A stretch of 64,000 nucleotides of DNA from an uncultured Acidimicrobiia bacterium (GTDB lineage: Bacteria; Actinomycetota; Acidimicrobiia; Acidimicrobiales; AC-14). Made by a program: the position numbers and the translations under genes. The stretch covers positions 32,001-96,000 of the forward strand of contig CAWIIV010000017.1 in the NCBI GenBank assembly GCA_963836205.1, given 5' to 3'. Under the pieces are notes generated by a model that had not been told where the DNA came from, made no database searches, and saw nothing but the letters and a program-made list of their open reading frames with translations. This document shows, in pieces, positions 60,168 through 64,000 of the stretch (within the stretch, counting starts at the first letter, position 1; the number at the start of each line of letters is the position of its first letter).

Positions 60168-61430
60168 GTGACCACGGGGTGGGGTCCGAAGCGACACCGC
60201 CTGGTTGCCGCCGCCCTCGCCCTGGTGACCGCCGCGTGTGGCGGGGGAGGTGACGGCGGAAGCGGAGGGACACCGACCCTCAAGTTCTACGTGTTCAAGG
60301 AGCCGGGTGGGGCCTTCGCCCAGGCGGCCCAGACGTGCACCGAGCAGGCCGGCGGGCGGTACCGGGTGGTGCTGGCCGACCTTCCGCCTAGCGCCGACCA
60401 GCAGCGGGAGCAGCTCGTCCGGCGCCTGGCCGCGGGCGACAAGGACATCGACATCATGGGCATGGACGTCATCTGGACGGCCGAGTTCGCCGAGGCCGGG
60501 TGGCTGCTCCCGTGGGAGGGCGACGCCGCGACCAAGGCCACCGACGGCACCATCCCCGCCACCATCCAGACCGGCACTTACGACGGCAAGCTCTACGCCG
60601 CCCCCTACACCACCAACACCCAGCTCCTCTGGTACCGGAAGGACCGGGTGCCGACACCGCCGACCACGTGGGCGGAGATGGTCGACATGGCCGAGAAGAT
60701 CGGCGACGGCGGGCGCATCCAGGTCCAGGGCAACCGCTACGAGGGACTCACCGTGTGGTTCAACTCCCTCCTGGCGTCGGCCAAGGGCAGCGTCCTCAAG
60801 GCGCCCGACGAGGTCGACCTGGCCACCGAGCCCACCACCAAGGCGCTGGAGGTGATCCGGCGGGTGGCCACGTCCCCCGCCGCCGACCCGACCCTGTCGA
60901 CCGCCCAGGAGGACCAGGGCCGCCTCGCGTTCGAGTCGGGCAGCTCCGCCTTCATGGTCAACTACACCTTCGTCTGGCCCAGCGCCCAGAAGAACGCCCC
61001 CGACGTGGCCGCCAACATGGGCTGGGCGCCCTACCCCCGGGTGCTGCCCGACGAGCCCGCCCACGTCACCCTGGGCGGGATCAACCTGGGCGTGGCGTCG
61101 ACCTCGCGCCACCCCGACCTCGCCCTCGAAGCCGCCGCCTGCCTGCGCTCCGCCCCCAACCAGATCGTCGCCACCGAGAAGGGTGGGCTCGCCCCCACCA
61201 CCGAGTCGCTCTACGACGACCCCCAGGTGCGCGCCGCCTTCCCCTTCGCCGACCTGTTCCGGGAGACGATCCAGCAGGGGTCGGCCCGGCCCCAGAGCCC
61301 GGCGTACAACGACATCTCCCTCGCCATCCAGCGCAACCTCCACCCGCCCCGGGGCGTGAAGCCGGCCGACGACGTGAAGCCCCTCCGCACCGCCATCGAG
61401 AAGGCCCTCAAGTCGGGCGGGCTCCTCTGA
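60168..61430 (+). CDS. Sugar ABC transporter substrate-binding lipoprotein (LpqY/trehalose-maltose-like)
   Basis: Lipobox TAAC; DVIWTAEFAEAGW, NTQLLWYRKD, YEGL. Confidence 0.92.
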   Translation: MTTGWGPKRHRLVAAALALVTAACGGGGDGGSGGTPTLKFYVFKEPGGAFAQAAQTCTEQAGGRYRVVLADLPPSADQQREQLVRRLAAGDKDIDIMGMDVIWTAEFAEAGWLLPWEGDAATKATDGTIPATIQTGTYDGKLYAAPYTTNTQLLWYRKDRVPTPPTTWAEMVDMAEKIGDGGRIQVQGNRYEGLTVWFNSLLASAKGSVLKAPDEVDLATEPTTKALEVIRRVATSPAADPTLSTAQEDQGRLAFESGSSAFMVNYTFVWPSAQKNAPDVAANMGWAPYPRVLPDEPAHVTLGGINLGVASTSRHPDLALEAAACLRSAPNQIVATEKGGLAPTTESLYDDPQVRAAFPFADLFRETIQQGSARPQSPAYNDISLAIQRNLHPPRGVKPADDVKPLRTAIEKALKSGGLL

Positions 61431-61431
61431 C

Positions 61432-62388
61432 GTGACGACCACGGTCCCCCCCGCCACCCGCCCCCTCGACGTCGAGCCGCCCGAACCGGCCCGTCGTGGC
61501 GGGCATCGCAGCATGCGAGCCCGGTCCGAGCGCCGCCTGGGATGGATGTTGTGCGCCCCCGCGGTGATCGTCATGCTGCTGGTCACCGCCTACCCGATCG
61601 TCTACGCCATCGTCCTTTCGCTCCAGCGCTACGACCTGCGCTTCCCCGACCAGGCCCAGTTCGTGGGCCTCCGGAACTACACCGACGTCCTCACGTCGAG
61701 CCTGTGGTGGTCCGACCTGGCCACCACCCTGGTGATCACCGCCGTCTCGGTGGCCATCGAGCTCGTCCTGGGCATGGGCCTGGCCCTGCTCATGCACAAG
61801 GCCGTCTTCGGCCGGCGGACGGTGCGGGCGGCCATCCTCATCCCCTACGGCATCGTCACCGTGGTCGCCGCCCTGGCCTGGCGGTTCGCCTTCGACCCCA
61901 CCACCGGGTTCGTGAACGAGCTGCTCAACACCGACCGGTCGTGGTTCGCGGAGCGGGCGGCGTCGCTGTTCGTGATCATCATCACCGAGGTCTGGAAGAC
62001 GACGCCGTTCATGGCCCTGCTCCTTCTCGCCGGCCTCACCCTCGTGCCCGAGGACCTCCATCGGGCGGCCCGCGTCGACGGGGCCACCACCTGGCAGCGC
62101 TTCACCAAGATCACCCTGCCCCTGATGAAGCCGGCCATCCTCGTCGCCGTCCTCTTCCGCACCCTCGACGCCTTCCGCATCTTCGACTCGGTCTTCGTGA
62201 TGACGGCGGGGGCCAACGGCACCGAGACGCTGTCGATCCTCGGGTCGAACCAGCTCTTCAACCGGCTCAACCTGGGGATCGGCTCCGCGGTATCGGTGCT
62301 GATCTTCCTGTGCGTGATCGTGATCGCAGTGCTGTTCGTGAAGGGGTTCGGGGCCTCGCTGGCCCAGCAACGGGGGGAACGCCGGTGA
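61432..62388 (+). CDS. Sugar ABC transporter permease (SugA-like)
   Basis: [27 protein letters not shown]. Confidence 0.93.
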   Translation: MTTTVPPATRPLDVEPPEPARRGGHRSMRARSERRLGWMLCAPAVIVMLLVTAYPIVYAIVLSLQRYDLRFPDQAQFVGLRNYTDVLTSSLWWSDLATTLVITAVSVAIELVLGMGLALLMHKAVFGRRTVRAAILIPYGIVTVVAALAWRFAFDPTTGFVNELLNTDRSWFAERAASLFVIIITEVWKTTPFMALLLLAGLTLVPEDLHRAARVDGATTWQRFTKITLPLMKPAILVAVLFRTLDAFRIFDSVFVMTAGANGTETLSILGSNQLFNRLNLGIGSAVSVLIFLCVIVIAVLFVKGFGASLAQQRGERR

Positions 62389-63215
62389 ACCGGACCAAGG
62401 TGGACAAGGCGTTCTGGGCCGCGGGCACGGTGATCGTCGTGCTCTACGCCCTGGTCCCGGTGGCCTGGATCGCGTCCCTGTCGCTCAAGCGGTCGACCGA
62501 CCTCACCGACCACAGGTTCGTCCCCCGGTCGTTCACCCTGGAGAACTACCGCAACATCTTCGACGACGGGCAGTTCACCGCCGCCCTCCGCAACTCGATC
62601 GGCATCGCCCTCATCGCCACCGTGCTGGCGGTGGGCCTGGCCATGTTCGCCGCCTACGCCATCGTCCGCCTCGACTTCCCGGGCAAGACGGTGGTGCTCT
62701 CGGGCGCCCTCGCCATCGCCATGTTCCCGCCCATCTCCATCGTCGGCCCGCTGTTCAACATGTGGCGGTCGCTCCACCTCTACGACACCTGGCCGGGGCT
62801 GATCATCCCCTACATGACCTTCACCCTCCCGCTGGCGATCTGGACCCTGTCCGCCTTCTTCCGGGAGATCCCGTGGGACCTCGACAAGGCGGCCCGGGTC
62901 GACGGGGCCACCCCGTTCCAGGCCTTCACCAAGGTGATCGCCCCCCTCGCCGCGCCGGGCGTGTTCACCGCCGCCATCCTCGTGTTCATCTTCGCCTGGA
63001 ACGACTTCCTGTTCGCCATCTCCCTCACCTCCACCGACCGGGCCCGCACCGTGCCCGCGGCGCTCGCCTTCTTCAGCGGCGAGTCCCAGTTCGCCCAGCC
63101 CACCGGTTCGATCGCCGCCGCCGCGGTGGTCGTCACCATCCCCATCATCGTCATGGTCCTTGTCTTCCAGCGCCGGATCGTGGCCGGGCTCACGACCGGC
63201 GCGGTCAAGGGCTGA
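62385..63215 (+). CDS. Sugar ABC transporter permease (SugB-like)
   Basis: GTG start at 62385; [32 protein letters not shown]. Confidence 0.93.
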   Translation: MNRTKVDKAFWAAGTVIVVLYALVPVAWIASLSLKRSTDLTDHRFVPRSFTLENYRNIFDDGQFTAALRNSIGIALIATVLAVGLAMFAAYAIVRLDFPGKTVVLSGALAIAMFPPISIVGPLFNMWRSLHLYDTWPGLIIPYMTFTLPLAIWTLSAFFREIPWDLDKAARVDGATPFQAFTKVIAPLAAPGVFTAAILVFIFAWNDFLFAISLTSTDRARTVPAALAFFSGESQFAQPTGSIAAAAVVVTIPIIVMVLVFQRRIVAGLTTGAVKG

Positions 63216-63335
63216 GGAGGAGGTTCGCCCAATGAGCGAGCATGCGAGCGAATCAATGTGGAGCGCCTGCGACGGCCGAAGGCCGGCGCACGCCGAGGGT
63301 TTCGTCAGCGCAGCGTCCGTCAGGATGGTGCGCTG

Positions 63336-64000
63336 ATGGCCGAGATCGACCTGGTCGGCGTCACCAAGCGGTTCCCCGACGGCACCACCGCCGTCAAGGA
63401 CGTCACCTTCACCATCCACGACGGCGAGTTCTTCATCCTGGTGGGGCCGTCGGGGTGCGGGAAGTCGACCCTGCTCAACATGATCGTGGGCCTGGAGGAG
63501 ATCAGCGACGGCGAGCTCAAGGTCGACGGGACGGTCGTCAACGACGTCGACCCCAAGGACCGCAACATGGCCATGGTGTTCCAGAGCTACGCCCTCTATC
63601 CGCACATGACCGTCCGGGAGAACATCTCCTTTCCCCTGCGGCTGGCCAAGATGTCCGACGCCGAGATCGACAAGCGGGTGGACGAGGCGGCCCGCATCCT
63701 CCAGCTGGGCGAGCTGCTCGACCGCAAGCCGGCCAACCTGTCCGGGGGCCAGCGGCAGCGGGTGGCCATGGGCCGGGCCATCGTGCGGGAGCCGGCCGCG
63801 TTCCTCATGGACGAGCCCCTGTCCAACCTCGACGCCAAGTTGCGGGTGCAGACACGCACCGAGATCGCCCGCCTCCAGAACCGGCTCAAGACCACCACCG
63901 TCTACGTCACCCACGACCAGACCGAGGCCATGACCCTCGGCGACCGGATCGCGTTGATGCGGCGGGGCGTGGTGCAGCAGCTGGGGACGCCCCGCGAGCT
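63336..64000 (+). CDS. Sugar ABC transporter ATP-binding protein (SugC-like; runs off the window)
   Basis: Hand translation: [38 protein letters not shown]. Confidence 0.95.
   Translation, partial: MAEIDLVGVTKRFPDGTTAVKDVTFTIHDGEFFILVGPSGCGKSTLLNMIVGLEEISDGELKVDGTVVNDVDPKDRNMAMVFQSYALYPHMTVRENISFPLRLAKMSDAEIDKRVDEAARILQLGELLDRKPANLSGGQRQRVAMGRAIVREPAAFLMDEPLSNLDAKLRVQTRTEIARLQNRLKTTTVYVTHDQTEAMTLGDRIALMRRGVVQQLGTPRE

Overview
This is a high-GC actinobacterial window; gene content suggests Acidimicrobiia (inference). The backbone is housekeeping: glgX, mfd, pth-rplY-prs-glmU, tRNA-Gln, rsmA, tatD, metG, rsmI, ychF, bioB, msrA and a sugar ABC operon. Two accessory regions stand out. (1) At about 9.7-18.7 kb, next to tRNA-Leu(UAA) and a duplicated copy of its 3' end, is a minus-strand lasso-peptide cluster. 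It encodes a nucleotidyltransferase-B2 peptidase fusion, an RRE, a lasso cyclase, a 59-aa precursor missing from the ORF track and an HPr-kinase-like enzyme. The same run continues into a putative prenyltransferase/class II terpene cyclase fusion and a Nif11-leader-like protein, making this a candidate lasso-peptide/terpenoid hybrid pathway. (2) A 7.8-kb element with three tyrosine-recombinase-like genes and a TnpC-like gene sits inside the 3' end of msrA. It is bounded by a 6-bp direct repeat and separates the C-terminal GGTGVSC cysteine motif from the rest of the gene. Several single-base frameshifts may be assembly errors. All family assignments are from motif recognition by eye; no searches were run.
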